A stretch of DNA of 64,000 nt, taken from the human T2T-CHM13v2.0 reference genome, Homo sapiens. The translations under genes were made by a program, and so were the position numbers. The notes beneath the pieces were generated by a model. The model did no database searches. It was not told where the DNA came from and saw only the letters and a program-made list of their open reading frames with translations. Shown piece by piece: positions 1-27,927 of this stretch (the stretch's first letter is position 1; every line of letters starts with the position of its first letter). The stretch is from the NCBI RefSeq assembly GCF_009914755.1, contig NC_060926.1; one strand, written 5' to 3'.

Positions 1-5050
<5,050 letters not shown>

Positions 5051-5209
5051 TAAATTCAGCCTTTTTTGTAAAGGATTGCTTTGGTGGTTTTGTGTAGAAG
5101 TAACTATCAAGGGTCATAGGCAGCAGCAAGAAAACTGATGTGGGAGGCTGCCTCCAGGGCGCTGGGGTCCCCATTTGGTGCATAGCCCCTGCTTAGCTCA
5201 TTAGAATGA

Positions 5210-5572
<363 letters not shown>

Positions 5573-5712
5573 TAAACCAGGAATGGGCTTCCCCGTCAGT
5601 CTGACCTGCATTGAAATATGAGCTGTACCGCTCATTAGCTGTGTAGCTCAAGCAAGTTCCTCGACTCCTCAGAGCCTTGATTCCCTCATCTGCAGAATGG
5701 AAATCATAGTGT

Positions 5713-6300
5713 TGTTAGAAATGCTTGTTCTTTGGTGCCGTAAAGAAATAGCACTTGAACATAAATTTAATTTCTTCAGCAAGGATTTTTTTTACTTTCT
5801 GCAGAAAGGGTACACTCACTAGCAGTTTTGCCACGAGAGTACACTGAATAAATGAGACAGGATCATTTATAACTTGACCCATATACTTTACTGCTGTGTC
5901 CGGTTTCTATTGGCTGGAATGGGACTTCACATTCGTATTTGTCTTGATTGGCTAGCAACTTAGAACTTTTTAAAAGAAGCAAAGGAAGAGGAGAACAAAG
6001 GAAGGAAGAAATAACTTGTGGAATGCTGAGAAAGGTAAAAACACCTTCAAATAAGGAAGAAGAATAGGCTATGACTTAATGCTTGCTTGGACTAGTATAA
6101 GCATGCCAGGGCAAATATTTAGGCTAAATTGTGGGAGCTAAGAACATAAAGTACAGTGACTTCTTCATTATGGCTAGCAGATATTTAAGAATGTTAGCAG
6201 AGGTCTTTGAATAAATTTTGCTTCTAAGAGAAGTTACTATTTATCTTAATTAGATGGGGAGGAAAGTCTTTGAAGAGGAACGTCTACTTTACTTTTTACA
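5713..6300 (-). mobile_element. Solo ERV1 LTR (LTR10C-like)
   Basis: Minus strand begins TGTAAAAAGTAAAGTAGA and ends CTAACA; 4-bp TSD GTGT at 5709-5712 and 6301-6304. Confidence 0.75.
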
Positions 6301-6301
6301 G

Positions 6302-6763
6302 TGTGACCCTGAAAATCTGAGGTCTCAGTTAATTTAGAAAGTTTATTTTGCCAAGGTTGAGAACACATGCCCGTGACACAGCCTCAGGAGGTCCTGATGA
6401 TATGTGCCCAAGATAGTCAGAGCACAGCTTGGTTTTATACATTTTAGGGAGACATGAGACATCAATTAACATATGTAAGAATGAACATTCATTCAGTCCA
6501 GAAAGGCGGGACAACTAGAAGCAAAAGCGGGAGGACTCGAAGCAGGGAGGGGACTTTCAGGTCATAGGTAGATAAGAGACAAATAATTACATTTGAGTTT
6601 CTGCTTAGGGTCTCCAAAGGAGGCAATCAGATATGCATTTATCTCAGTGAGCAGAGGGGCAACTTTGAATAGAATGGGAGGCAGGTTTGCCCTAAGCAGT
6701 TCCTGGCTTGACATTTCCCTTTAGCTTAGTGATTTTGGGGGCCCAAGATATTTTCCTTTCACA
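6302..6763 (-). mobile_element. MER4A-type 3' LTR of a degenerate provirus
   Basis: Minus strand TGTGAAAGGAAAATATCTTGGGCCCCCAAAATCACTAAGC; polypurine tract adjacent at ~6764-6783; near-duplicate at 11815-12281. Confidence 0.85.
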
Positions 6764-11814
<5,051 letters not shown>

Positions 11815-12281
11815 TGTGAACCCTGAAAATCTGAGACAGGTCTCAGTTAATTTAGAAAGTTTGTTTTTCCAAGGTTGGGAATGCGCACCTGTGACACAGC
11901 CTCAGGAGGTGCTGATGACATGTGCCTAAGTTCATCAGAGCACAGCTTGGTTTTACAGTTTTAGGGAGATATGAGACATCAATTAACACATGTAAGATGA
12001 GCATTGGTTCCTCCGGAAAGGTGGGAGGACTGGAAGCAAAAGCGGGATGACTGAAAGCAGGGAGGGGGTTTCCAGGTCATAGGTAGATAAGGGACAAATG
12101 GTTGTGTTCTTTGAGCATCTGATTAGCCTTTCCAAAGGAGGCAATCAGATATGCGTTTATCTCAGTGAGCAGAGGGGTAACTTTGAATAGAGTGGGAGGC
12201 AGGTTTGCCCTAAGCAGTTTCCAGCTTGACATTTCCCTTTAGCTTAGTGATTTGGGGAACCCAAGATATTTTGTTTTCACA
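11815..12281 (-). mobile_element. MER4A-type 5' LTR
   Basis: Direct repeat of 6302-6763; provirus TSD ATAG at 5706-5709 and 12282-12285. Confidence 0.85.
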
Positions 12282-12578
12282 ATAGAAACTTCAGCTGGCT
12301 CATTGGGAAAATTAGAGACAATGTACAAAAGTAGCAAGCACAGCTGTGCTGTTGCTGTTTCAACTCTCTGCCCTCCCTGAGGAAATGCCTTGCACAGGGG
12401 TAGCATCTCTTGGCCCTGAAAGAGAAGAGTTAGCCTCCACGGGCCCAAGAGGAGGAGATGGACCTCCATGGGTTATGTGAGCCACAGACTTACCAACAGG
12501 CCAGAGGTGCTTCAGTAGCTCCTCTGTCTCTGTCTGGACCTGCCCTCTGGGGTTGGGTTTTATGGTTTTCTCAAGTAG

Positions 12579-12785
<207 letters not shown>

Positions 12786-12845
12786 TAGAAAACAAATTTG
12801 ACCTGTTTCCTGCCATCTGTCTATCCCATATTCATGGGACCTAGG

Positions 12846-13880
12846 ATTCATTCATTCACTGAATGAATATTTTTTCAGCATCCCTTGGTGCTATTCTTCT
12901 TGGTACTTGGGATACATCAGTAAATAAAACAAAGATTCTTCCAGCAGAGATGACCATAAGCTCAATATATCAATACATTATAGAGTGCTCTAGAAGGTAA
13001 TAAGTACTAAGGAAAAATAAATAGGATAGAGTTGAGAGAATGTGGAGAGACAGTTACAGTATTTTTATAGGGTGGTCAGGGTAGCTGTCATGAGAGAGTG
13101 AGACTTAAACCAAACCTTGGAGGTGGGAATGTTAGCCAAGCTGATATCTGGGAGAAGAACATACCAGGCAGAGGGATTAGCTAGAACTAAGGTCTCAAGA
13201 AAGGAGTGTGTCTAGCATAGGTAATGAGTAGTAGGGAAGCCACCGGAGTGAAAAGAACACAGGAAGTTTCACTCATGTCTGTATGAAGAGACCACCAAAC
13301 AGGCTTTGTGTGAGCAACAAGGCTGTTTATTTCACCTGGGTGCAGGCGGGCTGAGTCCGAAAAGAGTCAGCGAAGGGAGATAGGGGTGGGGCCATTTTAT
13401 AGGATTTGGTTAGGTAGTGGAAAATTACAGTCAAAGGGGGTTGTTCTCTGGCTGGCAGGGGTGGGGGTCACAGTGCTCAGTTGGGGAGCTTTTGAGCCAG
13501 GATGAGCCAGGAGAAGGAATTTTACAAGGTAATGTCATCAGCTAAGGCAGGAACAGGCCATTTTCACTTCTTTTGTCATTCTTCAGTTACTTCAGGCCAT
13601 CTGGATTTATACGTACAGGTTTGGGCCCAGAGGCCTGACAGGAAGGGCAGTAGGAGAGGTGGTCGTAGATGATGGGCCAGAGGGCGCAGGGCCTAGCAGG
13701 CCATGGAAAGGACTCTAGGTTTTACGCTAGGTAAAATGAGGAGGCACTGCAGGGCTTTGAGCAGCAGAGTAACACAGTCTAACTTACTTTTTTTTTTTAA
13801 TGGATCCTACCAGCTGCTAAGTTAAGAATAATTTCCAGTGAGGGCTTTTGTAGTAAATTAGAGATGATGCTGGTTTGTCA
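12846..13880. mobile_element. L2 remnant split by the LTR7 insertion
   Basis: ATTCATTCATTCA end motif and typical L2 segments (GCAGAGGGA, GGCCATGGAAAGGAC, GGCTTTGAGCAG). Confidence 0.6.
13267..13640 (-). mobile_element. Solo HERV-H LTR (LTR7 family)
   Basis: Minus strand starts TGTCAGGCCTCTGGGCCCAA, contains GGTGAAATAAACAGCC and ends TGAAA; perfect 5-bp TSD GGAAG at 13262-13266 and 13641-13645. Confidence 0.9.
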
Positions 13881-14392
13881 ATCTCCCCTTCCAGCAGAGG
13901 AATGTGTGGGTAAGAGAGTCACAATGTTTCTGAACAAAGCCATAGCTCCTAAGTGGTGAAGCTGGGCCTAGAGCCCCTGTTTCCTGACAGCTGGCCTGGC
14001 GGTGGGCTCTGTACAGCATTGATTCCCAGCCAGCAGCACACCCTGAAAAGTCACATAGCAGTGGGAGTGCAGATGCTTAGACTCTCCCCATCAGAACCAC
14101 TCAGTTGGAATCTTCAGGGTTGGGGCCAGGTCAGCAGCAGCCGCAGAAGATACTCTGGTCTTCCTGCTTCAGCAGACAAAGGTTTCTAAGCCCAAACGTG
14201 AGGCATGAGGATAAATGAAATTGTAAATGGAAGCAGAAAAATGTCCAGGTCTGAGTTCCTCTGCTGTGTTTTAGTCAGTTTCAGTGCAGTATTTTAGCTC
14301 TAAACAATGCTTTTTAGGTCTGAGGGAACTGCTGAAGGAAAGGAGACATTTAGATCTGAAATCCAATTTTTACCATTTTTTGATACGTAGGC

Positions 14393-15724
<1,332 letters not shown>

Positions 15725-15745
15725 TTAGTGACTTAACTCTACCCA

Positions 15746-16460
15746 GTGTGGCACTAGCGCTGGATTTCCAAGACCACCTGCAGGTTCAATGATTCCTGAG
15801 AGACTCAAGGGACTCTACGTATAGTTATACTTAACAGTTCTGATTTAGTACAACAGAAGCAAAATCAGCAAAGGGAAGAATTACATGGGACAAATTCCAC
15901 AGGAAACCAGGTGGTGATGTCCAAGAGGCCTCTCCCAGTGGAATCACACAGAACACACTTCATTCTTCCACTGCCAAATTGTGCAATACGTATAAAATGT
16001 CACCAATCAGGGAAGCTCATTAGAGGTACCCAGTACTCAAGGTTTTTACCATGACATGCTGGTCATGTAGGCACCCTCTGCCTAGCACATACCAAAACTC
16101 TGGAATCACAGAGGGAAAGCTGGTGTTCTGCATAAAGTATCTTTTTTGTGTTTGTTTTTTTGAAAAAAAAAAAAATTTTTTGTAGAGACAGGATCTCACC
16201 ATGTTGCCCAGGCTGGTCTTGAACTCCTAGACTCAAGTGATCCATCCGCCTGTAATCCCAAAGTGTTGGATTGTGAGCCCTGGGCCCAGCCAGCAAAAAC
16301 TATCTTGTTTGCATGAGCAGTTGAGGAACAATGTTAGGGAATGATGGGAACCATCTCAAAATCCAAGTTCTCAGCTGTCAGCCATGGCCTGATCTAAGAA
16401 TTTTCTAAGGCTCAGGCTCTAAGGAGTCTCAGGCCTGCTGTGTTAACTTTTTTCTGCACA
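15746..16460 (-). mobile_element. MER21-like LTR with an internal Alu fragment
   Basis: CCAAGACCACC, CAAAATCAGCAAAGGGAAGA and CCAATCAGGGAAGCTCA segments resemble MER21. Confidence 0.6.
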
Positions 16461-16637
16461 GCACTCAAAGTTTATGTCCTTTTTGATTTTGAGAGATGGG
16501 AAGACTGAGTTTCACAGAGGTTGGGTGACCTTCTCAAGGACACACAGCTACCAGGTAGCCAGGCCAAGATCTGGAATTCAGGTATCATGGAAGACCCTGA
16601 GAAAAATCTCTGTGGAGCCAGAAGACCTTCTGCAGTT

Positions 16638-16855
16638 CAGCACTGTCCAGAACTTTCTGCAGTGACAGAAGTGGTCTAGATATTGGAAATGCACCATCCA
16701 GTACAGCAGCCACTAAGCACACGTGACTACTGAGCACTGGAAATGTGGCTAGTACCACTAAGGAGCTGAATTTATATTTGTTTTTCATCTTTAACTCATT
16801 TAAATAGCTACATGCAGCTGGTTGCCACCATACTGGGCAGTACAGTTCTATACTA
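16638..16855. mobile_element. MER3/MER33-like hAT DNA transposon remnant
   Basis: GCACTGTCCAGAACTTTCTGC ... CTACTGAGCACTGGAAATGTGGCTAGT ... GCTACATGCAGCTGGT. Confidence 0.6.
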
Positions 16856-17740
16856 TAATGTAATGGATTTTTCTTCAACTGGGAAGCAGGTGGGATAAAT
16901 AGACCTTGGTTCTTGTTCTGTACTAAGGAATGCACTGGTCTATGTGTTCCTCTCACTGGGTGTCCTTGTGTATGTGCAACAGGGGAAAATAACATGTCAT
17001 GTCTGCAAGTTCCCTGAAAAAAAGGCCCTTTCCATTCAGGGATTTTGCAAGCTTGGTTTCATTGTTATTAAAGAAAGGAGCTTGCCTGACTAAACATAGA
17101 GCATTAAAGCTGTCCCTGTAGGGGATTCTGAGGCCCTTCCTGGTGAAGCTCCCCTGCCAGACTCAGGCTGCCTCCTCTTGGGGTCTGACCCGCACAGCTG
17201 GCTCTCAGGCCTCTGTGTTATCGTGAGATGGGGTGTCCCCCCAAGTCAGGATGACCTTCTACCCACGTGCGTCTTCTCTGTCTTAGGATGAGGTGCTCAC
17301 GATCAGCCAGACAACCAGAAGCCCAAAGAAGGGGAGAGGAGACTTTAAGAACCCGTAGGGCTAGTTAGAGCACCGAGCCTCTCACTTCTGTCTTCATCCT
17401 GACACCAGGAGATGATGTGGGCCCAGGGGTTGGGTCTGCTGCAGGCCAAGGAGAGCTGACGGGTCAGGATGATGAAGAGGCTGGAGAGCTAGCACGGGGG
17501 TTATGCACATCAGCTCTGGAGCAAATAACCTCAGTTGGTATCCTGGTTCCCATGCCTTAGGAAAGTTACTAAAGGTCACTGAGCCTTAGTTCCTCATCTG
17601 TAAGATGGGAAGAAGATTATTAGGAAAATTAAGTGGAAGCAATAATAATATCAGCTGTTGCCTCTGGGGCTGTGCTTGCCTGCGAGCCACACCAGGCTGC
17701 AGATGACAGGAAACACAGTGAGAGCTGGAGTTGCTGCTGA

Positions 17741-17839
<99 letters not shown>

Positions 17840-18008
17840 TGAGTCCCCAAACACCAGCTGGTTAGAGTGACCCAGCAAAGCCTTGTTCGTCCCCACTCTG
17901 GCTTAATTTTCCCCAGCTCTACTCCACCTGCTGGCTCCTGGAGGGCCTGGACAAAGTCCCCATGCACCGGTCTCCCCAGGACATCCCTTCTCCCACCCCT
18001 GGCCTTAG

Positions 18009-18506
<498 letters not shown>

Positions 18507-18712
18507 TGATCAAAAATTGGGAGCCAGGGTCCAATAGTTGGACTATTCAAAGTTGCAATTGTGCAGACAAGGTAGAGTGTGTGGTCCCTGTGGCTGTAGC
18601 TGGCTCCCTAGCCTACCTCTCTGGTGATCTCTCCATCTGAGGCTCCTTCACTTTCTCTCCATGGGATAGGGGTTGGGGGTACTCCCTAGAGCTGCTAGGC
18701 TTGAGGCCTTGA

Positions 18713-18973
<261 letters not shown>

Positions 18974-19740
18974 CCTCCGAGATGAATGGAGGCTTAAAGG
19001 CTGAGCTGCAGGGGCTTTCAGGGGGTCAGTGGAGCCATGTCAGGAGCCTGGCCAGGCCGCACCCCTTGCTGTCTCAGCAGATGGGATATAGGAAGCTCCT
19101 GGGCTTAGCTGTGGGAAGCCAAGTACCCTCACCGGCATGGGACATGAGGGGCAGCTAGACTTCACCCCCTTCCCGCAGACCTGCCTCCAGAGCAAGGAGA
19201 ATTCTGCCTTAATCTGTTGGGCTCCAGTCTCCGGGTTGAATTCCAGTGTATCCCACTGGGAGTGAATGGATCATGAGGTGGGATGGCCCCATCTGGATGT
19301 TCTGCAGATCCCCACATGGGAGGAGATTCCCAAGTAGAGGCAGCCAGAATTCTGACTCCCTGGCAGCAGCAGGGCTTTCAGGCACCAGTGTCTGTGTTGT
19401 TAGAACTCAGAGGAAGAGGCAGGGGCAGCAGCCGACAGGGGGCAGCATGACCCAAGCAAGGGGCCTGAGGCCTCAGTGGGGGTAGGGCAAGGAGGTACCT
19501 CACAGGTGGGTGTGAGGCCCCCTCTGGAGTTTCTGGCCATTCACTTACCCACTCTCTTCTCCCCCTGACCCCCGCTCCATTGTTTATGATGGAAAAACGG
19601 ACATTTGGCTAGGTGTCTCTCACGGCTGCTCCATCCTAGCCCCCACAAGCTGGGGCTTCCTCCTGTAGATGCTGTGCATGCCCCATGATGAGTTTCTGGC
19701 CTAATTGAGGGAAGGAGGAAATTCATACCAGCAGTTTTCA

Positions 19741-19746
19741 AATAAA
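19741..19746 (+). terminator. ELMOD3: ELMOD3 polyadenylation signal
   Basis: AATAAA about 770 nt after the stop codon, followed by a GT/T-rich element (GGTGTTTTTTT). Confidence 0.8.
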
Positions 19747-20121
19747 AGAATTGTTCTAATTAAGCGTCTCAGGTGTTTTTTTCCAAGACAAGTCTTGCAC
19801 CATCCTGTGGTCCTGTCATTCCGGAACCTGGTTAGAGCCAGGCACACCTAAGGGTGAAGGCATAGGTGGGTTCCAGCCTGGTCATGGGCTCCAGGAGACA
19901 GAAGGTTGCCTGTGCTGCAGCCAAACCTTGCTGAATTCATAGGATGTCCATCCTCTGCTATACTTACAAGCCCAGAGACTCCTTGCAAGCTCTAGCCAGT
20001 GGACGAGGTAGCCCAGCTCTTGTTAAGATTGACTGGTATAAGGCATCCACACCACGTTTTTCCTGCATTTGCTTCTGGCGAAGGCCAGCACTGTTGGTTC
20101 CTTCCCAAAAGAGCCTCCAGA

Positions 20122-21875
<1,754 letters not shown>

Positions 21876-22797
21876 GGGGTATCTATGGTATGGTTCTTGG
21901 CACAAATCAGCAAGTTCAACTTGCCAATTGATCAGAATTTTTGTTTTGGGATGAAAGAATCCAATTTCTGGAGCTCAGAAGCCACATAGTCCAGAGGACC
22001 TGGGGGTGAGGATGAGTCAGGGTGGTTGCAGCCTTGCCAGGCCTCACGGCCTCTGGTCCAAGCTGACACAGGCTCACTCACACCCTGCTCTTGGCCCCTG
22101 GGCATGCCTTCTCAGATGGGACCTCTTCTTGGCTACTGCATTCTCCCTGCTATTTAGCTCTCTAGCCTCTGACATCCCACCACCACTTCATTACCCAAGA
22201 GAATGAACTAAGGTCTAGCAAAGGAAAGTAACTTGCCTAGGATCACAGAGGCAGGGTAAGAACCAGACTGAAGACTGTCCATGCTAGCCTGGTGCTTTTC
22301 GCACAGCCCTGCAGTGGCCCTGGGCTCACCAGCCAAACATGCTGGGCAATGTGCCTACGAAGTAATAAGCCAGGCTTGGTACAATTGTGAAAGGCTGTCC
22401 TCTCTTGCTCAGTGGGCATATGTCACTTGAAGCTGCCTGGCAGTGCTTTATTAGGGCATCCGAAGAAATACTGCCTTAAATGGAACTGCATCCCAAGCCC
22501 ATTGCCACAACCTTCTCCCTGTTGGGAATGTGAGACTGAACTGAACACCCGGATGCAACTGATCCTGAGGCCTGGCACTGTGCCACCTCCCTATTGGGTT
22601 CATGGCAGTCCCTGCAAGCCTGGCTGGGACTCCTCTGTCATGCAAAGCAGCTCTGGCCCCTCCAAGGCTGTCCAATTGTCATCTGTGTGCTACTCCACCC
22701 CCAGCATGGGGATGAACCCAGGTGAATAGGTGGGTGACAGTGAGAATCAGCCCAGGGCAGGTGGTGCAGGAAAAGAGCTGGGAAAGCACTTGTCTCC

Positions 22798-22803
22798 TTT
22801 ATT
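22798..22803 (-). terminator. CAPG: CAPG polyadenylation signal
   Basis: TTTATT (AATAAA on minus) about 100 nt after the CAPG stop; a second AATAAA lies at 22447-22452. Confidence 0.8.
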
Positions 22804-22904
22804 GAACATCTGCAGGGGGCACCTCTGCACTGACCAGGCAGCCAGAGAAGCAAGCAGGCAGGTGGTGGGGGGCAGGGGAGCATGGGGCAGGAAGACGCCC
22901 ACCC

Positions 22905-22970
22905 TCATTTCCAGTCCTTGAAAAATTGCTTGAAGATGGGACTCTCACGGCCCTGAGGCAGAATCTCCAC
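22905..22970 (-). CDS. CAPG: CAPG terminal coding exon (macrophage-capping protein, gelsolin family)
   Basis: cag|GTGGAG...; VEILPQGRESPIFKQFFKDWK*; 66 nt. Confidence 0.97.
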   Translation of the reverse strand: MEILPQGRESPIFKQFFKDWK

Positions 22971-23549
22971 CTGCAGGGACAGCGGGGGAGAAGTCTGGTT
23001 CACAAAGTTGCCACCTCTGCCTCTGCCCAGGAGGACAGGAGGGGGCCAGAGCCAGGGAGGAGGGTGTGGGCGCCTGGCCTGAATCCATGTGCAGTCCAGG
23101 CTGGGAAAGCTCCCCTGGATGAGCCATGAGATGAGAACCAAGATTTCAGGGACACAGACAGAGGCAACAGACTGCTTCAAGGGCGTGGGTGCACAGTTTA
23201 ATAAATGCCACCAACGGTAGCTGAGCCCTGTCAGCTCCCCACGGGATGACTTGTGGACACTGTGCTGCGGCAGGAGGGGTGGCACCAGCCAGGGACAACG
23301 GCCCAGAGGAGGAGTACCCAGTTCTCTGGGCACCCAGGAGAGTGCTGCCCAACATCCTCTTTGAAAATAATAAGTATTTTGACATTTTGAAGGATTGAGA
23401 TGGGCTTTCCCACTGGATGGGTCTAAGAGGGAGGCCTGGTTGTTCCTGACAGTGCCCAAGGCTCTCCTGCCCTTCCTGGCCAATTTGAGGGGTCAGGGGC
23501 CACAGGAAGAGCCCTAGGAAGAGGGCTGTGGTTGTGCGCATCTCCTCAC

Positions 23550-23638
23550 CTGAGTGTTCGGGGCGTACTGCATGCGCGAGATGAAGCCCTCGGCCACCTG
23601 CAGGGCTGCCTGCCGCTCCTTCTCATTCGCTTTTCGCC
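23550..23638 (-). CDS. CAPG: CAPG coding exon 8 of 9
   Basis: tag|GGCGAAAA...CAG|gtgag; 89 nt; (G)[29 protein letters not shown]; absent from the ORF track. Confidence 0.96.
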
Positions 23639-24114
23639 CTAGATCATAGGAAGGAGATTTTTAAAAAGAGCAGGGACCCTCTTTAGCTGCCATCCCATTT
23701 TTCTTGAGGAAATTTAAGGGAGTCCACAGAAGAGCCAGCAATTTTTACAATAAATGGACCAGGGGTCCCAAGAATGCCGAGGGGCTCTTTGGAGATGTGG
23801 AGTCAGTCCCTTAAGAATTTTCCCAAACCGGCAGCACCAAGGTAGATGAAAACCCCTCGTCTGCCCGGGTCTGATCATGCAAAACTCTGCTCTGACCTGG
23901 GCCCCTGGAATATTTCAGGGAGGGGAACAGGTGTTCACCCTAGCATCAGACTGTGAGGCCGCAGGTCTCCTTTTCCTCTAGGACCCCTCACCTCTTGAAT
24001 TCATCAAGCCTTTTCTGAAAAACTAAATAAGACAAAGGGTACAATTTATTATAGAGGTGATTTACTCCCATAATGCCAGCAGGGCTACACTGGCCTAACA
24101 GTTATGCTAACTAA

Positions 24115-24488
<374 letters not shown>

Positions 24489-25221
24489 TAAAATGCCATG
24501 AACTACAATGTATCTGAAATTAATATGCTGGATTCCTTCCTCTGTCAACTGACCAGCTGCCCCCCTACCCATGAGATCCTTCTCTTCCTGGCCTCCCAAG
24601 TTTCCTGTTTTTCCTCTGATTTCTCTTTCCATAGTTGTTGGGTTCCTTGCTCCGGTTTATACATGCTTCTGTGGGCCTCTGTGAACCCCCCTCTGCTTGG
24701 CATTGGTTCCATGGGATATGTGCCCTCTGGCAGGAGAGAAAAGGCAGCCCTGCAGCACACGCCTCTCGCTTTCCACTCTTTTGCTGCTCCCAGCTCCTCC
24801 CTTTCACTTCTATCCCTGCTGAGTTTCAGAAGCAATACTATGAAATGCCTGGTAGCAGCTATCTGTAGATACCCACCTACTTGTCTGCCTTCCTGACCAG
24901 GCTAGGGGCTGGCATTTTCTCCACCTTGGTTGACCCCACAACTGGGTGTTGAGCAAATGCTATTGCTGAAAATTCTCAGACCCCAGGCAGAGACTGAGAA
25001 CAAGTTTGTTTCATTTTCAGTCAAACCAAGCAGAACAGGCTCTGCCCAACAGTGTTTCTATTTCCAGAAGATAGAATCTTTTGGAAAAACAAGTTCTACA
25101 GGTTCACCACTCACTGCATAAAATGATGTTTAATTTGTCTAAAATTCATTTCTGTCAAACCTTGAGACAGAATCCCAGGATCAGGGGTCCCAGAAGCCCC
25201 AAAGGTCTAGAGCTGGGCTAG

Positions 25222-25402
25222 GGCAGTGGTTCTCAAAGTGTGATCCCTGGAACCAGCAGCACAGACATAACCCATAACCTTGTTAGAGATGCATGTTCTG
25301 CCCCACTCCAGACCTAGTGAATCAGAATCTATGGGGGTGGAGCCCAGCCATCTAAACAGGCCGTGGGGTGATTCTGAGGCTTGCTGTAGTTTCAGAGCCA
25401 TT
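25222..25402. mobile_element. MER5A DNA transposon remnant
   Basis: CAGTGGTTCTCAAAGTGTGATCCC ... GAATCAGAATCT ... GGTGATTCTGA. Confidence 0.75.
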
Positions 25403-25407
25403 GTCTA

Positions 25408-25858
<451 letters not shown>

Positions 25859-26027
25859 CTATCTTTTAAAAAAAATTTTTAAAGAGAGAAAATGGTCAGC
25901 CAGAAGCATGCAGGCTTCCTGAGGCTGTCTTTTACAAGCAGCTAGACAGGCTGAGTCCTGCAAAGGGAAGCCTGCCCGGGTCAGAGCAGCTACAGGCATC
26001 TCAGGCTGTTACAGAGGAGCCACGTAC

Positions 26028-26160
26028 CCTTCCAGATATAGATCTTGCCACAGAGCCCGTTGTCCAGCACAAAGCAGTCATCAGATATCAGCAGTTCAAG
26101 GGCAAATGGGCTGGAGTCAGCCACCTTGGTCAGGTTCATCTGTCCAGTGGCATCAGAGAC
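26028..26160 (-). CDS. CAPG: CAPG coding exon 7 of 9
   Basis: 133 nt; [44 protein letters not shown]; AG/GT boundaries. Confidence 0.97.
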
Positions 26161-26697
26161 CTGGGGAGGAGGGACAGTGCCTGATCTCACCCCCCACACA
26201 CCAGCCCTCACCTCAGCCTGAGGAGGGGGAGGCTGGTCCTCCCTAGGTCCCTCCCACTGTGCCTCGCTGCCCACTGCCCAGGTCCCAGGAGCAGACAAGA
26301 GAGTGAAGACCTGAAAAGCAAATGCCAGGCAGCCCCACTCCCTCTCATCACCCCAATCCCTGCAGCACAGGGGCCCCGAACCCATTTGGAAATTAGGTGG
26401 ATTCCAAATTACAAAGAAATGCACAGAATTCAAGAAAGAAAAGCTCAGCATTGGCTTCAAGCCTTCACCAAGCATAGGCTGGAAGTGAGGTGCACTCATC
26501 TCCTCAGGAGGGCCTGCCTTCCGCCCACTCCCCATCCTTGTCTCACTCCCAGCCCTGTATAACTCCCCACCTCCCACCTCGGTTCCAGCCCCACCTTCCC
26601 CCTGCCTTCTCCCCTCCACCCTGCTTGCATGCAGCTGTGCTGTGCAGGCTCCCACCCTCCCTGCTGCCGGGTCCCAGGGCAGGCTTGGGGGGCCCAC

Positions 26698-26790
26698 CTT
26701 ATACAGAGCTGCGGCCTGGGCATTTGCCTTGTCAGCTGTGAGGTCTTCCTCAGGGTTGCCCTCCTTCAGAGCAGGCTTGGGGCCCAGGAC
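26698..26790 (-). CDS. CAPG: CAPG coding exon 6 of 9
   Basis: 93 nt; [31 protein letters not shown]. Confidence 0.96.
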
Positions 26791-27143
26791 CTGCAGGGGC
26801 CAGGGCAGGCCAGGTTTATAGGGACCCCTGCCCTGGAACTTCCCAGCCCATCATGCCCAGGGCCACTGCTTCTGGTGGGGCAAACTGCGCCCTGCACTAG
26901 GGCACCCAGCAGAGGTGAGGTGAGTGAGGGCTGAGTCCAGCCCACCCCACCAGCCAGGCTGCTCAGCCTCGAGGACGAGCATCTACCCAGAGGGGCACCC
27001 TGTGAGCTGGCCACAGCCCTAGGCAGTACACCAGATGGCCCCTGCCACCCTCCACCGGCCACTCTCAGCCCTCAGCTCATCACCACCTCTCTTGGCCACT
27101 TTCAAGCAGAGGCTCCCAGCCACCCACTCCAATGTCCCCCAAC

Positions 27144-27293
27144 CTGGATCATCTCAGCAGGCTCCTCCCCATCAGTGACAATCTCCACCTGGGCCTTGCC
27201 CTGTCGCTCACTGTCCCGGATGGCCAGGGCCAGGTCCCTCGCCTTGTTGCGTTCCAGGATGTTGGACTTTCCACCACACCAGGCGAAGATGTT
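27144..27293 (-). CDS. CAPG: CAPG coding exon 5 of 9
   Basis: 150 nt; [50 protein letters not shown]. Confidence 0.97.
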
Positions 27294-27768
27294 CTGCAAG
27301 GAAGCAGGAAAGTCCGGGTCAGAGCCAGATGCCTGTGTCCTGCTCCCCAGCTCAGAGAAGGGCGCACAGCTCTCCCTCTCTCCTCTCTGAACTGTCCCTG
27401 AGGCAGGACAACCAGGAAGGCAGAGCACAGCACAGAGGGCTCTCTGAAAATGCCCACGACCACCCTCTGCAACTGTTTCTCTGCCCACCTGCCATCTGTC
27501 TTCCTTTCTTTTTTTCGAGACAGGGTCTCACTCTGTCATCCAGGCTGGAGTGCAAAGACGTGATCATGGCTCACTGCAGCCTTGACGTCATGGGCTCAAG
27601 CAATCGTTGCACCTTAGCTTCTAAGCAGCTGAGACTATAAGCACTTGCCACCATGCCTGGCTAATTTCTTAATTTTTTGTAGAAATGGGGTCCCACTATG
27701 TTGCCCAGGCTGGTTACAAACCGCTGGGCTCAAGCCTCTTTCTTTTTCTTTTTTTTTTTTTTTTTTGA

Positions 27769-27927
<159 letters not shown>

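Noticed and set aside
25990-26697. 235-aa ORF as a separate gene (also 22905-23483)
   Set aside because: These are CAPG exons with in-frame intronic extensions; only the spliced portions match gelsolin repeats.
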